DNA of 64,000 nt from the human T2T-CHM13v2.0 reference genome, Homo sapiens: NCBI RefSeq assembly GCF_009914755.1, contig NC_060928.1. The stretch is one strand, 5' to 3'. The translations under genes were made by a program, and so were the position numbers. Each line of letters starts with the position of its first letter. The stretch's first letter is position 1. Positions 18,689-34,678 of the stretch are shown piece by piece. The notes under the pieces were generated by a model. The model made no database searches and had not been told where the DNA came from. It saw only the letters and a program-made list of their open reading frames with translations.

Positions 18689-19009
18689 TAAAAATGTTTA
18701 TAAACAGTGATCAATTAAAACAGAACCCAAGATAATATTAACTTTATTACTATTTAAAAACAACAAAGATTACAACTCATAAGAATATAAATAATTTCAA
18801 TTTCTGTTCAATTTGGAAAGTTGTTTCAAGTTTTTGAAATGACAATTCCAACTACTAGTCATAATTATTCTATCTAGTATTATATCTCTATGAAAACTAG
18901 GACCAATTGTTCAGCCTATTTGACTTGATTTTAATAGTTTAAGCCATTTCCAAAAGATTTTTTTCCTTCTAGAATTACCTTAACCAAAGTTTCCTACATA
19001 CTAGAATTT

Positions 19010-19342
<333 letters not shown>

Positions 19343-19414
19343 TAAGTTACATTTTTCCTGTGCACTAACTGAATATAGGACTATATTAGATATCTTTAAA
19401 AGTTTATTCGTGTA

Positions 19415-20180
19415 TGGCATTCTCAAAAATACCTGGCCAATACTGCTTAAAACAGTCAATGCCATCAAAAACAAGGAAATTATGAGAAATGGTCACAGCC
19501 AAGAGAAGCACAAGGAGATAGAAGGACTAAAGGTAATATATATGGTGCCCTGGATAGGATTGTGGAACAGAAAAGGAACATCAAGTGATAACTAAGAAAA
19601 TCAGAATAAAGTATGGACTTTAGTTAAAATTATGTATCAATACTGGTTCATTAATTGTGACAAGTATACTATACTAATGTAAGATGTTAATAAGGGAAAA
19701 TAGATGTGGGGTGCTATGGTCTAAATGTGCCCCCTAAAATTCATGTATTGGAACTGTATTCTCCAATGCAATGAGGTTGGGAGGTAGGCTCTAATGGGAG
19801 GTGTTTGGGTCATGAGGGCAAAGCCCTCATGAATGGATTAATACTGCTATAAAAAGGGCTTTCAGGAGTGGGTTCTCTCTTCTCTTCTGCCATATGAGGA
19901 CAAAGAGTTTGTCCCTTTTTTGGCCCTTCTGCCTTCCTTCATGTGAGGACACAGCAAGAAAGCCCTCATCAGATGCCAACACCTTGATCTTGGACTTCTC
20001 AGCCTCCATAGCTGTGAAAGAATAAATTTCTGTTCTTTATAAATTACTTAGTCTTTGGTATTCTGTTAGAGCAGCACAAAGCAGCCAAGTACCTGGGTAT
20101 ATTGGAATTCTCTGGACTATTTTCACAATGTTTCTGTAAGTCTAAAGCTATTCTAATAAAATTATAAATTTATTTTAAAA
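19415..20180 (+). mobile_element. Old L1M (L1MC/L1MD-like) 3' UTR fragment split by an MST LTR
   Basis: ggaacagaaaaggaacat...attgtgacaagtatactatactaatgtaagatgttaataaggg; resumes at about 20096. Confidence 0.65.
19712..20092 (+). mobile_element. MST-type MaLR solo LTR
   Basis: tgctatggtctaaatgtgccccctaaaattcatgt...ccttgatcttggacttctcagcctcc. Confidence 0.85.
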
Positions 20181-21174
20181 ACACATTAGTGTGTTCAGAC
20201 TAACAGTACCTAATGTATTGAAATTAATGTACTAAATAATTGAACCTAGTTTTCTGTGAGTAGTAAGCTAATAAGGCAAAAAATTACTGGGTCATATCTA
20301 TAATCATGTAATGGTTCAAAAGAACACATCAGTAACAGAAGATACCCTTCAGTAAAGCGAAAGATACATTATTAAAAGCCGAGAATATAGAAAGTACTCT
20401 ATACAGGAAAGAAACATCCTTACCCCAGGCATATGTAAGTTATTTCCAAAAGGAACAAATGATGGGAATACATCCCAAGAGCAGACTGCCAATTCTAGCC
20501 TCTAACAAAACCTTCTTATCTATCATTATGTCAAGTTGTTACTTTTATACTATAATATTTAATGAAATCTATTTCAGACTATTTTGAGGTTTCTTTTCCT
20601 TTTCTGAATTTTTTTTCCTTTTCCATTTATTTTGCCATTTTTCCTGGCAGTTTTATTTTTAAAATTTCCCAATATGTTTATCTAGTGAAGTGAAGAAGAG
20701 TCTTTGTACACTGTCTACTATGAATGAAAGCAAATTGGGAAGTTCCCGGCCTGTTGACAATGTTGAGCCCTGGTTTGATGTCTAAAAAAAGTAGACTTGT
20801 TTCCTGTGTTAACCTCAGTGCAGGAGGTGGAAAAGGCCACTTCCCGATAGGTTTCCACTTTGGGCTAAACATCAAATTAAAAGAAGTGAAACAGATGTAA
20901 TACATTTGTCCCTCACCACTTAATTAAATCATGTATTAAAATAGTTTCTTGTTAATGGATTCAAAATGTTTTAAACTAACATTAGTGTTTTCTTGTTTGA
21001 AAGCAATAGAAACTTCTGTTGAAGTCATTTATTTTCCTACAAATAATCATTGGCTTCCTGTAGTATTTCTAAAACTGCCTTGTAAGAATTACATGCGCCA
21101 CTTGTCAAAATGCAGATTTCCAGACCTAAAAGCCGTCTTTTTAATTAGAGCCTTCTCATCAGTTAAGTTTTTTG

Positions 21175-21347
21175 TAGTAATCCTTAACCCCAGCTACACA
21201 ATAGAATCACCTGGAGAGCTACTAATGTCCCAGCCTACCCCTTTTATACCCCAGATTTTCATTTCTTTTACTGGATGGGGCCTACACACCAGTGGGTTTT
21301 AACGCTCTCTGGTTGGTACTAGGGTGTAGCCAGGGTAAAAAACCACT
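21175..21347. mobile_element. MER5A-like hAT-Charlie MITE
   Basis: tagaatcacctggagagct...gtagccagggtaaaaaaccact. Confidence 0.55.
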
Positions 21348-21621
21348 AGTCTTGTGTTTGGAACCAAAATTAATCAGAAAAACCTGTACTTTGCTCCTCA
21401 GGCTTTATTTAAAACACATTGGCTACCGAACACACCATATGGATCTCACGAGCATAAGGTTGAGCAAAAGAAGCGAGACACAAAAGAGAACATACTAACT
21501 GCTAATAGATTCAGGGTTTCATTTGGGGATCATAGAAACCCTATAAATATCTGGAATTAGATAGTGGTGATGTTTGTACAACATAGTAAATTTACTAAAA
21601 ACCACTGACATGTACTTTGGG

Positions 21622-21979
21622 TTTTTTTGTTGTTGTTTTTTGTTGTTTTTTTTTTTTTTGACACTGAGTCTCGCCCTGTCGCCCAGGCTGGAGTACAGTG
21701 GCGCGATCTCGGCCACTGATCACCGAGATAAAGAAAACAAACAGCAGTCTTAAGGATCGTACTCCGCCTCCCAGGTTCAAGCAATTCTCCTGCCTCAGCC
21801 TCCCAAGTAGCTGGGATTACAGGTGTGCACCATCATGCCCAGCTACTTTTTGTATTTTCAGTAGAGACAGGATTTCACCATGTTAGCCAGGCTGGTCTTG
21901 AACTCCTGACCTCAAGTGATTCGTCCACCTCAGCCTCCCAAAGTGCTGGGAATACAGGCTTGAGCCACTGTACCTGGCC
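21622..21979 (-). mobile_element. AluS with a 43-bp non-Alu insert, inside old L1M fragments (about 21435-22290)
   Basis: Alu body; extra sequence at 21719-21761. Confidence 0.9.
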
Positions 21980-23876
21980 GACGCATACATTTTAAAGTAG
22001 TGAATTTTATGTTATATAAAGTATATATAATCTTAATTTTAAAATGTTATTAAAAATAGTAAGCATGCTGTATGACCATGTTTGCAAATTTCAAAAACAA
22101 GCATGTCTTAACCAAAGTGTTAGAATTCAGTTTAGTGGTTATCTTTGGGGAAGAGGGAAGAAGTCGTGAATAGCCAGGAGAACAAGGAAGGCTCTGGGAT
22201 GCTGACAGCGTTCCTATTCCTTATCCTGGGTGTTAGTTACAGGGGCAAACTTGCTTTGCGAGCATTCATTTTTGAGCTGTATATTTATGATTTGTGCTTT
22301 GGGAAGACTCTGAGTCATCGAGAGAAGCTTAAAAAATATTCAAGCTCCTCAATTTTCCTGCATTCCTGAGAATGCAGGAAAGACTGACTAAGATTTCTAT
22401 CTTAACCTATAATCAAAGCAAGTCTCCTAAGACATGACGATAATTTTTGACAGTAGAGGTCATTTAATATTGGAACAGTTTACCAAAGAAGGCTATGGAA
22501 TCTCTGTCTTCAGAGTTCTCTGAAAAATAGCCTTGCTGTAAAATCAGTTCTGTTTTGGGACAGTATCTTGTAGTAATTGGTCAGATACTATTTGAGATCT
22601 AATCCAGTCTACATTTAAATTATATCTACTTTTTATTCTGGAAATAAAAAATAAGACAAAACAAAAACTCGGAGATCCTTGATTCCTCCTACCAGGAAGA
22701 TACTTGCCAAGAAGACTTAGGTAATGCATATATTTTTAGTTATAGCAAACTATTGTAATCTAGTAAGCCAGTCATCAAGCTGAATTTCCCTAAACTCAAT
22801 TTAATTTTTTCTGTCTTTCTCTTATTGCCACCACATTTTTCTTAATTGCTGTCAATATGCTGACAGTCCTAGACTCTTCTTTCCTTCTTTCTTTACTTAC
22901 TGCTTTTCCAGGCTCTATGAATTTAGTTCTTTCTCACTTTCTTTATATGCTCTGGGGTTTTATCACTTCATTGCCTCTTTTAATATTTCTCTAGTTTCAC
23001 TCATATGTCTAAGACTTTTCATTTCCAGAAATGACTACGATATTGTGAGGCTCTAGAAAATGTCCACTTCATTTGCAATATGTTTGTAAGCTAAGACAGT
23101 ATGGTTCAACATTGTTCAACATTGACTCCTCTGGTTCCAGGATTACCTCTTTAGAATTGAGTCATTTAGCATTGCCACTGATTTCATAATCTCTCTTTTT
23201 GCATGCAATCCATTTCCTTTGAAATCTTTTTGTGAATTTCCAGAGCCCCTTCTTATTCCATTACTTATCCCATTCCAAGACTATGCCTTTGTATTCTTAC
23301 ATCTAAGGTTTTATTTCTTTTATAAAGAAACCAAACAGCAGTTTTAAATTTGCTTTGTTCTTAATTGTTCTAATTTCTCCAAGGCTATCACCATATTATA
23401 AGTTCTCATAATATTAGCCAGATTCAGAGAAAATGCCTAATTTTTTTTCTAGTTCTCAATTTTTCCAATTGTTTCTTCATTGATTGACAAATCTTATGTC
23501 AGCTTTTTATTAATGATGCTATTTGTTTTCACTTAAGGAAAGTAAAATAACAGAAAAAGTGCGTCTTATTTACCAGCTACTGAGTATGTATGTATCCCCT
23601 TATTGAGGATCAAATCCCTGCAGTAGCAGATAATTTTTCTAGCTAGAATGAATTTTATAGATTTTCTCTTTGAATCACCTCATTTTACAGATGAGGAAAC
23701 TGAGACCCAGAGAAATTCACATAGTTAACTACTAATAAAGTGATTTTTATTTCACAATTCTTTGTCACTTTATCGTGCTTAACTTACATCTTTTTTTCTG
23801 AGATATGTGTGTGTATGTATATATCTGTGTGTGTATGTGTATATGTGTGTGTGCATATATATAAACATATATATAC

Positions 23877-24208
<332 letters not shown>

Positions 24209-25042
24209 TAAAATGTTAATAATATTTTTAACATGGGCACACTGAGCCAGTTTAGCTTTCCTCATGTTTATTTTCTTTAAAACTGTTTGGTAAATCATTA
24301 CCTCCTTTTTAGTACTAGCTGTTCAAGTTAACTATTTCTGCACCGTTTAATACATTATTATATTAGCACAAATTTAAGAACTTTCTCAAGGTGGTGCACC
24401 TTTCTCTGTTGGGGGTAGTGTTTAATATATTAATTTCTTTTTACCCCCCCTTTACTGAATTTTCCAAGTCTACTCCAAGAAAACATCAATTTTTCTACAT
24501 TATCAAGCTTGATTTCTTTTTAAAGATACACCTTGGATGATAACAACAGCTGACCTATATTAAGCATTATGTTTATTGCTCCCATTTTACTGATGAGATA
24601 ACTGAGGCACAGAAGTGCTCTTCGTGACACGGCGGGAGGAAGCCTAGGCTTTCTTGTTCTAGATCTAATTCTCTTTCTACTTTTTTTGCAGCAATTTGGT
24701 TAACATGATTCAATATTGCTGACAAACTTCATTTTTGAATAAACACCATTGTAAATCATAAAAAGTTTATTTTTGTAAAATTACCAAGGCTATAAATGTG
24801 GAAAAGATATTAAATTCATTTTCTCTAGCTTTAGGCTCAAACATAGTAATGACTAGTAGCATCTGAAGTGGTGTGCACCCACTCCACAGAGGGCACAAAA
24901 AGATGCATGGGAGCACAGGGAGAAATATCAAAACTGCATTTTTATTTAACATTGTATATATCCCATTAATAAATTCAACTTTACGTGTTGCTTAATGTGC
25001 ATTCTATACTTGTATATAGTACTTGTGTATAATTTATAAATT

Positions 25043-25606
25043 TGTAAAAGCAAGATTTAACCTCATCCAAAGAGAGGCCTGGTCTTTGCCCTCAGCTCCC
25101 AGGAGGTGATCTCTGAGCCCTTGCAGTGTCCTGCCTGATAAGAGTATCTTTGTTTACCTGGGGACGTTGGGCCACACTGGATAGTCTAACAGTGTGATGT
25201 ATGGTGTGGTGGGGGCTTGGGGCCATGCAATATCAGTGTGACATTTGGTGGGACTGGAGAATAAAGGCATGACCAAGCCCCACTAGAAACTGTGGACATC
25301 AAGGTTTGAGTAAGCTTCCCTGTTTAGCAATACTCGTGTGTATTGTCACACATCATTCTTAGCAGTAGTTAATGCTGTCCATGACTCCACAGGGAGAGGA
25401 CAGTTGGAAACCCTGCCCATGGAACCTGCCTAGACCCTGCCCTATGCACTCCTTCCTTTGGCTGATTTTAATCTGCGTCTTTTCATTGTAATAAACCATA
25501 ACTGAGTATAACAACAGTTTTGAATGAGTTCTGTGAGTCCTAGTGAATTATTGAACTTGAAAGTGGTCTTGGGGACCACCTGAACTTGCAATTGGGGTCA
25601 GAAGTG
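25043..25606 (+). mobile_element. ERVL LTR of the MER77/MER68/MER21 group
   Basis: caaagagaggcctggtctttgccctcagctcccaggaggt...gtattgtcacacatc...aataaaccataactgagtataac. Confidence 0.7.
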
Positions 25607-25747
25607 TTTATGGACCTGGGTTCTTTCACACTCTGTTTTGGTAGCTATGAACAGAAATGTTGGGCCCATTAGTCTAGGCCATATTAGCAAATGATTACCT
25701 ATTTTCTTCTTAAAGTTCTAGGAAGATGTAAATTTCTTTAATGATCT

Positions 25748-26481
<734 letters not shown>

Positions 26482-27384
26482 ACCCATTTTACAATGATGG
26501 TATAAATATAAGGCCATTTATGACAACAATGAATAATGGTCAACTTTCACCTGCTTTCAAAATCTAAGCCCTTTTCCTATTTTATTCTCCTTGAGTGTAT
26601 TGTTCTCATCTTCAGTGCATGAAAAAAAATGGCATAGAGGCATAATTTTTCAAAAGCCAATTACCTCAATGGCTATGGTTGCAAGCTCTCATGCATGGTT
26701 CATGAAAGTCCAGAGACTGGTTCTTCTTTGTGATGGTAAAAGAAGATGTGAACTTATGAATAAAGGTGACAAGATACACATGGCCTCATATCAGGCTATG
26801 AGAGATTAAAGCCAGAGGGCTAAGTAAACCTTAGCTTTCATGAGTTATCTAAGAATTCAGTGCTCTAATTTTTCCCTGATACTGGGCCTGGAAAAAAAAA
26901 TGCTTGAAATGACGCTTTAAAAATTATACTGGGAGAAATGAGGCTAAAGCTTCTGGAACCATAAAGATTCCACAGAACTTTTTTCGAAAGGAATTAAACA
27001 TTTGTGCTATGAATTAAATAGAAGTCTAGAAATGGCTTCAAGAGATGAGTAAGGAGGACGGGGTAAAGAGGGAACCTCAATATCACAGAATATTGGATTT
27101 AGCGTTAGAAGATCTAAAGAAATTCAGTTTTCTCTACTTTAATCCTCCACTTCACTGCTTAAAACCCGAGGCTTCCTAGTGCTTCTAGAATGAAATTCAA
27201 ACCCCTGCACCTGGGGAAGGCAGTCTGGCCCTTGCCAGCCTCTCAGGGCTGCTTCCCTCTGTCTTCCTTTCTATCTTGGATGCCCAGCACCACACAGACT
27301 TGCAGTGGCCCTAATGGACCCTAACTTCCATGACTTTGCATTTGCTGGACCTTCTTTCTGTGTTTTTTCTTTTAATTAAACACA

Positions 27385-27511
27385 TTTTTTTTTTTTCAGA
27401 TAGGTTCTCACTATGTTGCTCAGGCTGGTTTGAAACTCCTGGGCTCAAGCGATCCTCCCATCTCAGCTTCTGGAGTAGCTGGAATCAAAGACAGGCGTCA
27501 CCTGGCCTGGC
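27385..27511 (-). mobile_element. FLAM-type Alu monomer
   Basis: ctcactatgttgctcaggctgg...ctcctgggctcaagcgatcctccc. Confidence 0.8.
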
Positions 27512-27710
27512 TTCCTACCCTTTCTCCAAGGGAGAAATGTTCCTTCTTTAGCCTGTTCCACAGTATAATCTGCATATGACTATGCCAACACTTGTTTCTC
27601 TGTGTACATGCTCCCTCCCTCCCTCATCTTTGTGATTCTAGCACTTAACACAGAATAACAGCCAAAAAAAGCTTATTGGATAAATAATGAACATTAAGAT
27701 ACATGTTGGA

Positions 27711-28098
<388 letters not shown>

Positions 28099-29213
28099 TC
28101 AGGGAGACACTTGGGCCTGTCATAGCGCCTGGCTCTTGGTCACTCTGAATGTCAGTTGAATTGTTATGTTTGTATTCATGGTTGAGGATCCCATTCCCAT
28201 ATTAGCCGCCACAAATCTAAAAATCTTTAATTGTAAAAAAAAAAAAAAAAAAAAAAAAAATCAAATGATTTCTGCATAAGGTAGATACCAGTTAGGCCAG
28301 ACTTTCACTGTTCACATTCTACTTGCTCAAATATTCTCTTAATAAAAATGGGCTCATTTAGTTTGCTTTTTACTTGGAGCAAAAGTAGCTCTCTATCCGA
28401 CAGGAGTGGACAAAATTCTGGTTTTGAACAGAGGATGTGTTCATAAGTACTTTTTGATTACCAGCCTCTAACTTATTTATAATTCAGATCCCTTGCTTTT
28501 CTTCTTATTCCCTCTGATGTCCAATTTTTCACCCTTTAAGTATTCTATCTCATTCATGGGTGATGGAGAGAATGAAAAAAAGAAAATTGATTAAGTTTTA
28601 TAAACCTTCTTGGAATAGGAATTTTCACTAGAAGTTTCTGTAAATTCCATGCACTTCCCTAAAGATCTTAATATCAGAGGTATATTTGTGTACTTCTGAG
28701 AATCAGGTTTTTTATAGAGAAAACATATTCCTTATAGAACTGCACATCAAAAAGGTAAATTATACTACACGTAAATCTGAAAAGAAATTTTAAGAACTTT
28801 TAAAAGTTCAACAGAAAAGTTAAGTTTTAAGAGACAGATGGTGTTAGGAAAGTTCGTTAGCTCATTAGAGAAAAAAAAAAAAAGGTAAGAGGTTGAACTT
28901 GCACTATCTACCAAAATGAATTCCAGGAGAATTAAAGAACTCAATATTTTTTTAAGTCATAAGATAAAAAAGGAGAGATTTATTAAGACCCTGGAGTAGT
29001 GAGAGCTTTCTAAAATTATAAAGATGAAGAAAATGTTGAATGAAAAGATTCATGGATTTGGCTATATAAAACTGTGGAAATGTGGATATCTGAAAGCCCC
29101 CAAATTAAACAAACCGGAAAAATACATTTTCAACAAATATGACAAGAAAGTGTCTTTACTGTATAAAGAAATTATACAAATCAATAAGAAAGTCACTTAA
29201 AACTAAATTGATA

Positions 29214-29564
<351 letters not shown>

Positions 29565-30544
29565 TTAATTTTGCAGTTATTATTTCTATTTTCTCTGCTA
29601 TAGCTATCACGTAATATTCTCTATACTTTAAAGAAGATTAAAGAAGGGAAAATGTAATCTACTTATTCTGATATTAGAAAATACTTGAATCTTCTTCCCA
29701 TCTTAACTATAGAATTATGGTTTTTCTTTTTAAAATTCTTAATGACAAGTTTTTTTTATTTCATTACTAACTTGTGTCAAGCACATAGCAGGCAAGGCTA
29801 AGGCCAAGTCCAAGGCCTCAGACATTTGGCCAGTAAAGACACAGTAAGCCCATTTTAGCTTTAGACTGTTTATTGCTTCCATGGACAGCAAAGAAAAAGT
29901 AGCAAAGGCACCAGTTTTCCTTGGTCCTTGTTCCACACAGCAGAAAGAATGACACTGAAACAAAAGGGCAGGATGATAGCAAAATGAGTTGTGGTACACT
30001 CTGTTGCCAAGGAGGGAATTCTAGATTGTAACTAAGCAGTTCTATAGCCAGCAACTCTGTCTAAAACGGGTGAGGCAGAAAGCCTCACACCTCATCTGAA
30101 CTTGGGAGGCAACAAGAAACTCTCAATGTCAGTTTCCCAGGTAGCTAGGGAAGTGAGTGAGAAATATACTTGTAGCAGCTCATTGCAAGCCTCCATGCTC
30201 TTATGCTCCAGGAAGGCCATAGGGAAGATTTCCCAAGGCGTAGGTCAGACAGTAATTCAAACCTTTCCCACATGGCTATGTGGATCTTTCTAAGGTGCAA
30301 AGCCACTAGGGCATCATGGCAGAGCTGTCCCCCTACAACTCATTGGCCACCTACGTGACCTGCAGAATCCCTCACATCTTCCTATCTGCAATAAGATTTT
30401 CTTCACTTTTCCCCTTTCCTGTTTGTGAAGTAAAGCCGTATGATCCATCTGCATAGAACTCCCTGCCTGCTCTCTTTAGTTAACTACATTTTCCCAAATT
30501 ACGTAATGCCTTTTACTATGCTATGAGAAATAAGAAAAAGTATG

Positions 30545-30990
30545 AGTTATATACTGTTGTGTAATCAATCACCCCAAAACGTAGTGGCTTAAAACAACAA
30601 CCATTTCCTATTTCCTATGATTCTGTGAGTTGTCTGGGTGCTCCTCTGCTGTTTTTGCCTTGGCATACTGCTGGGAGGTCCAAGATGGCCTCCAGCACGC
30701 ATTTGACCGTTGGTGATGACTATCAGTTGGGGCATGTTGGTTCTCCTCCACGTAGCCTCTCATCTTCAGAAAGGTAAACTGGCTGCCTTACAATGTCAGT
30801 CTCAGGGCAGCATTCCCAGAGAACAAAGGCAGAAACCCTGAGACCTTTTAAGGTCTAGTTTGGAAGTCACACAACTTTACTTCTACCACATTTTCTTTTA
30901 GTTAATGCATATGATAAGGACAGCCCAGAATCAAAGTATGAGAAATAAACTCCCTCTTTATACAGAACGATTTACAGAAGAGTGTTTCCA
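30545..30990 (-). mobile_element. MLT1H-like old MaLR LTR
   Basis: caccccaaaacgtagtggcttaaaacaacaacca...gtccaagatggcct. Confidence 0.7.
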
Positions 30991-31761
30991 TGTTTTTCAA
31001 TAATGCAAAAAGAGGAAAAATTGACTACTTGAAATGAATAGGTTCATTGAAGCCCAAATAAAATATGACTTTGCTTTTCATTCAGGTAAGTAAGAATGCC
31101 AATAGACTGAACATCTTCAGTTCTAGTCTAAATCACTGTTCATTTCTAAATCACTGTAACACTAAGAGGTCACAAGAATTAAAAAATAAAGGAAACTACA
31201 AAAGTTGTCATAAGCCCAGAAAGTTTTTGCAAGAGGAAGTGGAGGCACTAAGTCTTATTTCCCTAGGCAATGTGACCTGACAAGTGTGCTTTCCAAACCT
31301 CAGAGAGTTATGCCAATTTCATTCCAAGCCTCTTTAGTTAATAACAGAATGGAGAAGACCAGGTAAAGATTTCATAACTGAAAAGGGAATTTGCAAATTA
31401 ACTCTCTCAGTTGGCCAACATTCACTGACAGGAGTTTGCATTTTTATTATCATGTACCTTGCATAACTGATGAGAGTTAAATGAGAACATGAATGTAATA
31501 TGCCTGCTGTAATGCCTGGCTTACCTTTGCCAATAGTTGCTACTATTGTTTTATTCAGGCCTTCACCCAGAATTTCATTGTTCAACAATAGACATTCTAT
31601 TAGGTATTTAATATATTTTTATGATCAAAATGGGTGCTTGATAAACTTGCTTTTAAAACTTTACAAGCTAAAATTATCATTGCCATAGTGTATAGGGTAA
31701 AACTTGGGAATGTCCATTTTCTATTTATCCATATGATGAAAACTGATCTAGCACAATTACA

Positions 31762-32181
31762 AGAGTCAGCTATTGCTATATAACAAATAATCACCAAAAG
31801 CTCAGTGCTAATTAACAAAAGAATTTATTTTGCTCATGGGTAGGGCAGTTCAGCCTCGATCTGTGGCACCTGGTTGGCTCTGCTTCATACTGCAAGTCTA
31901 TAGATAGGGTGGAATAGCTCTATTCAATGTGTATTTATTCTGAGGCTCAGATTAAAGGGGCAGCAAGTACCCTCAATAAGCTCTTCTCATGGTGAAAGGA
32001 TGCAAAAGTATGCAGCTTCTCTTAAGGTCGAGGTTCAGAACTGGCGCACTGTCACTTCCACTCAAGCCAATAGAATGGCCAACTTCACCTTTAGTGAGAG
32101 GAACTACCTAGCAAATCACAGGGCAAGCTCCAAGTTATAGAAAGAGATGAAGAATTTCAGCCAATAATGCATTCTACCACC
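31762..32181 (-). mobile_element. MLT1I/J-like old MaLR LTR
   Basis: gtcagctattgct...cagaactggcgcactgtcacttcc...ccaataatgcattctaccac. Confidence 0.6.
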
Positions 32182-33023
32182 AGCGTGTTTAAAGAATATT
32201 GGCCAAACTCTCTGCAGACACTCCCTAGACCTGCTTGCACAAAGAGGCACATACCCTGGTTTAGGCTTCTTATACTTTCCTAATAGAACACAAATCCTTT
32301 GGCTGACTGTTAAAGCTTATGGTTCTATCCTCAAACAATAATACGGAGTGTCTGCCTATTAGTTACTTAACAGAATATACCTTTGAATTCTGTGCATATT
32401 CATAGGAATCAGCAAATATTTTATATCTGAATCAAGAGATTAGAGGAAAAAAGATAGTTAAACTACATGTAGATAATTAGATACTAAAACGTAGATAATT
32501 TACACAGTAAATTATCGAAAAATGTAGATTTTTTTTTAAAAAGACAAAAATAATACCATGACATTTTTATGGGAAACAATTTGGCAATATCTGTAAAAAC
32601 GATAAGTGCCAGTAGGAAGATTTTGTCTTATAGGTCATTCGTGTGTGAAATGATGTATGTATGTGATTACTCATTGTAACATTGTTTGTGATAAAGTTGG
32701 AAAGTAACATAGATGTCCATTAACTAGAAACCACTGGAATAAATTAGGACAATTCATACACTGTCATATGAGGCCACTAACAAGAATGTGGTAGATCTTT
32801 ATGTAATAATAATACAATCTGTCCTAAGAGGTATGGAGGACACATAACATAGATTCAACCTACCACTAATTGGTATCACCAAATACGTATACTATGATTC
32901 CATTTTTGTGAAGATAAAGGTACCCATACAGAAAAATATGTATTTACACTGTGGCAACTCTTCTACCATGTCAGCATCAAAGCTCTAACCTGGACAATAT
33001 GGTCCTCTCTGCTAGGGTTACTG

Positions 33024-33522
33024 TGTAGGGAGAAAAGATCTCTTTTCTCTCTCATCTCAGGTTCATGCCTGAGACCCCTGTAACAAAAGAAAGATTAATA
33101 AGAAATAAGCATACTAATTTATTTAATATGTTTCACATGACACAGGAGCCTTTGTAAGGAAATGAAAACCCAAAGAAATAGGGAAGCCGTGTATTTTTTA
33201 TGTTTAGGTTTGATGAAAACTGCAGAGTTGTGCAGGATGATTGGACAAAAGGGAATATGACCTAACAGTAATAAACTGGGGGAAACAGCAAGGCCTGTTT
33301 GCCTGCATCTTCAGAGATAAGGACATTCCTTTCCTCCAATTATAGAGTTCGTACCTTTCACAGGAAGGTCTTATGACCTACTATAGGGGAAGGTCAACCT
33401 GGTGTTATGGCCTGCTTTATGGGAGCAGGAGTGTGGGAAAGACTAGAGTAAGCTTCCTGCCTCTGCTGTTCTGTCAAATGCCAAGGTGCCATATTTTGGG
33501 GTAGTGTGTCCTGATCTCCATC
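33024..33522 (-). mobile_element. MER39/MER34-group ERV1 solo LTR
   Basis: Ends caaatgccaaggtgccatattttggggtagtgtgtcctga, the reverse complement of the MER39 5' end. Confidence 0.7.
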
Positions 33523-33804
33523 GATTGCTTTATATCATTCTCATTTCAGTTAAACAATACCAGCAACATAGCAAATTTATGGAGGTGGGCCTTGTGATAG
33601 AATTTCACTTCAATATCCTCAAATTTCATAGATGTTCTAGATTGAAAGCAAAGTTTTAAATAACCTTTTTCTACTCATAATTCCTATACTATGATACAAT
33701 TCTTACAATATTATCATGTAATTCATATACCAGTATGCTATAGTATTATATAAAAATATGTATACAATAGAATGTACGATTACACACACATACACACACA
33801 CAGT

Positions 33805-34678
33805 TGTTTTTTTCCTCTAATTTGGTCTTGAGATTTCTCTCTGGAGAGTTGTTATAACGTTGAGCCTTTCCTATTTCCTGATGGGGCCTCAGGGAAGATG
33901 GTTGTGGGTGTTTACAGTGTGCCTTTCACAGAGTATGTCTACCTGGTGGACAGACTAATGTCTAAGTGTCCAACCATGACCAGGTGTCCCTCTCACATTG
34001 AAAGATGACCCAGTGGCTCTTGTCTGACCCGTGTCATTTATTCCTACCAAGATAGCCACTCTCTGGAAGAGCCCTGACCAGGGGGTGGGCCAAGTTCAGG
34101 ATGTGTTGGTCAGATGAGACACAGGGGAAGCAGTGCCAACAAGATACATGACATGACAAAAGCAGTGTATCACTTACAGATCCCAGAGAGAAGAGGGCTG
34201 GTAGGAAGGAGGTGGGGCATCTGGGACACGCAGGCACGCTCAACCAGCAGGTGGGGAGCCAGAGAGGGAGGGAGGGAGAGAGAGAAAGACAGAGGGAGAG
34301 CACGAGAGCAAGGAACTTGTCGGGGAATTCTAACAGGTGGGTTTAGAGCAAGTAGGTACAAGTTCATGGAGTCACACTGTGACTGAGAGGTGGAAGAGGT
34401 GGTTGCTGCAGCATATCTGTGCAGGCCATGCAGAGTGTGGGAGTCTGTGGGGGCAGCCAAGTAGATTGTACTGTATCTACCTCCCATAGGGAGGTGGTAA
34501 CCAGGAGGCAGTTGTATAAAGCAGATGCCTGGATCAGCCACCACTCTGAGGAACTGGGAGGAGGTGGGGAACTGGAACTTGTGTCAAGGGAGACTGAGCC
34601 CTGCTTCTGATATGAGAAAGTTCAATATCTATTCAAAATGGATTCTGAGGCAACGTGAAATTATAAGAATTCACTACA
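33805..34678 (-). mobile_element. MER54-like ERVL solo LTR
   Basis: Reverse complement starts tgtagtgaattcttataatttcacgttgcctcagaatccattttgaata. Confidence 0.8.

Noticed and set aside
20737-20747. NF-kB-like palindrome gggaagttccc in apparently unique DNA
   Set aside because: A single short motif is expected by chance in 64 kb; no supporting context
34034-34610. Cluster of overlapping 60-124 aa ORFs on both strands
   Set aside because: Lies within a MER54-like LTR with a GA-rich simple repeat; a compositional artefact
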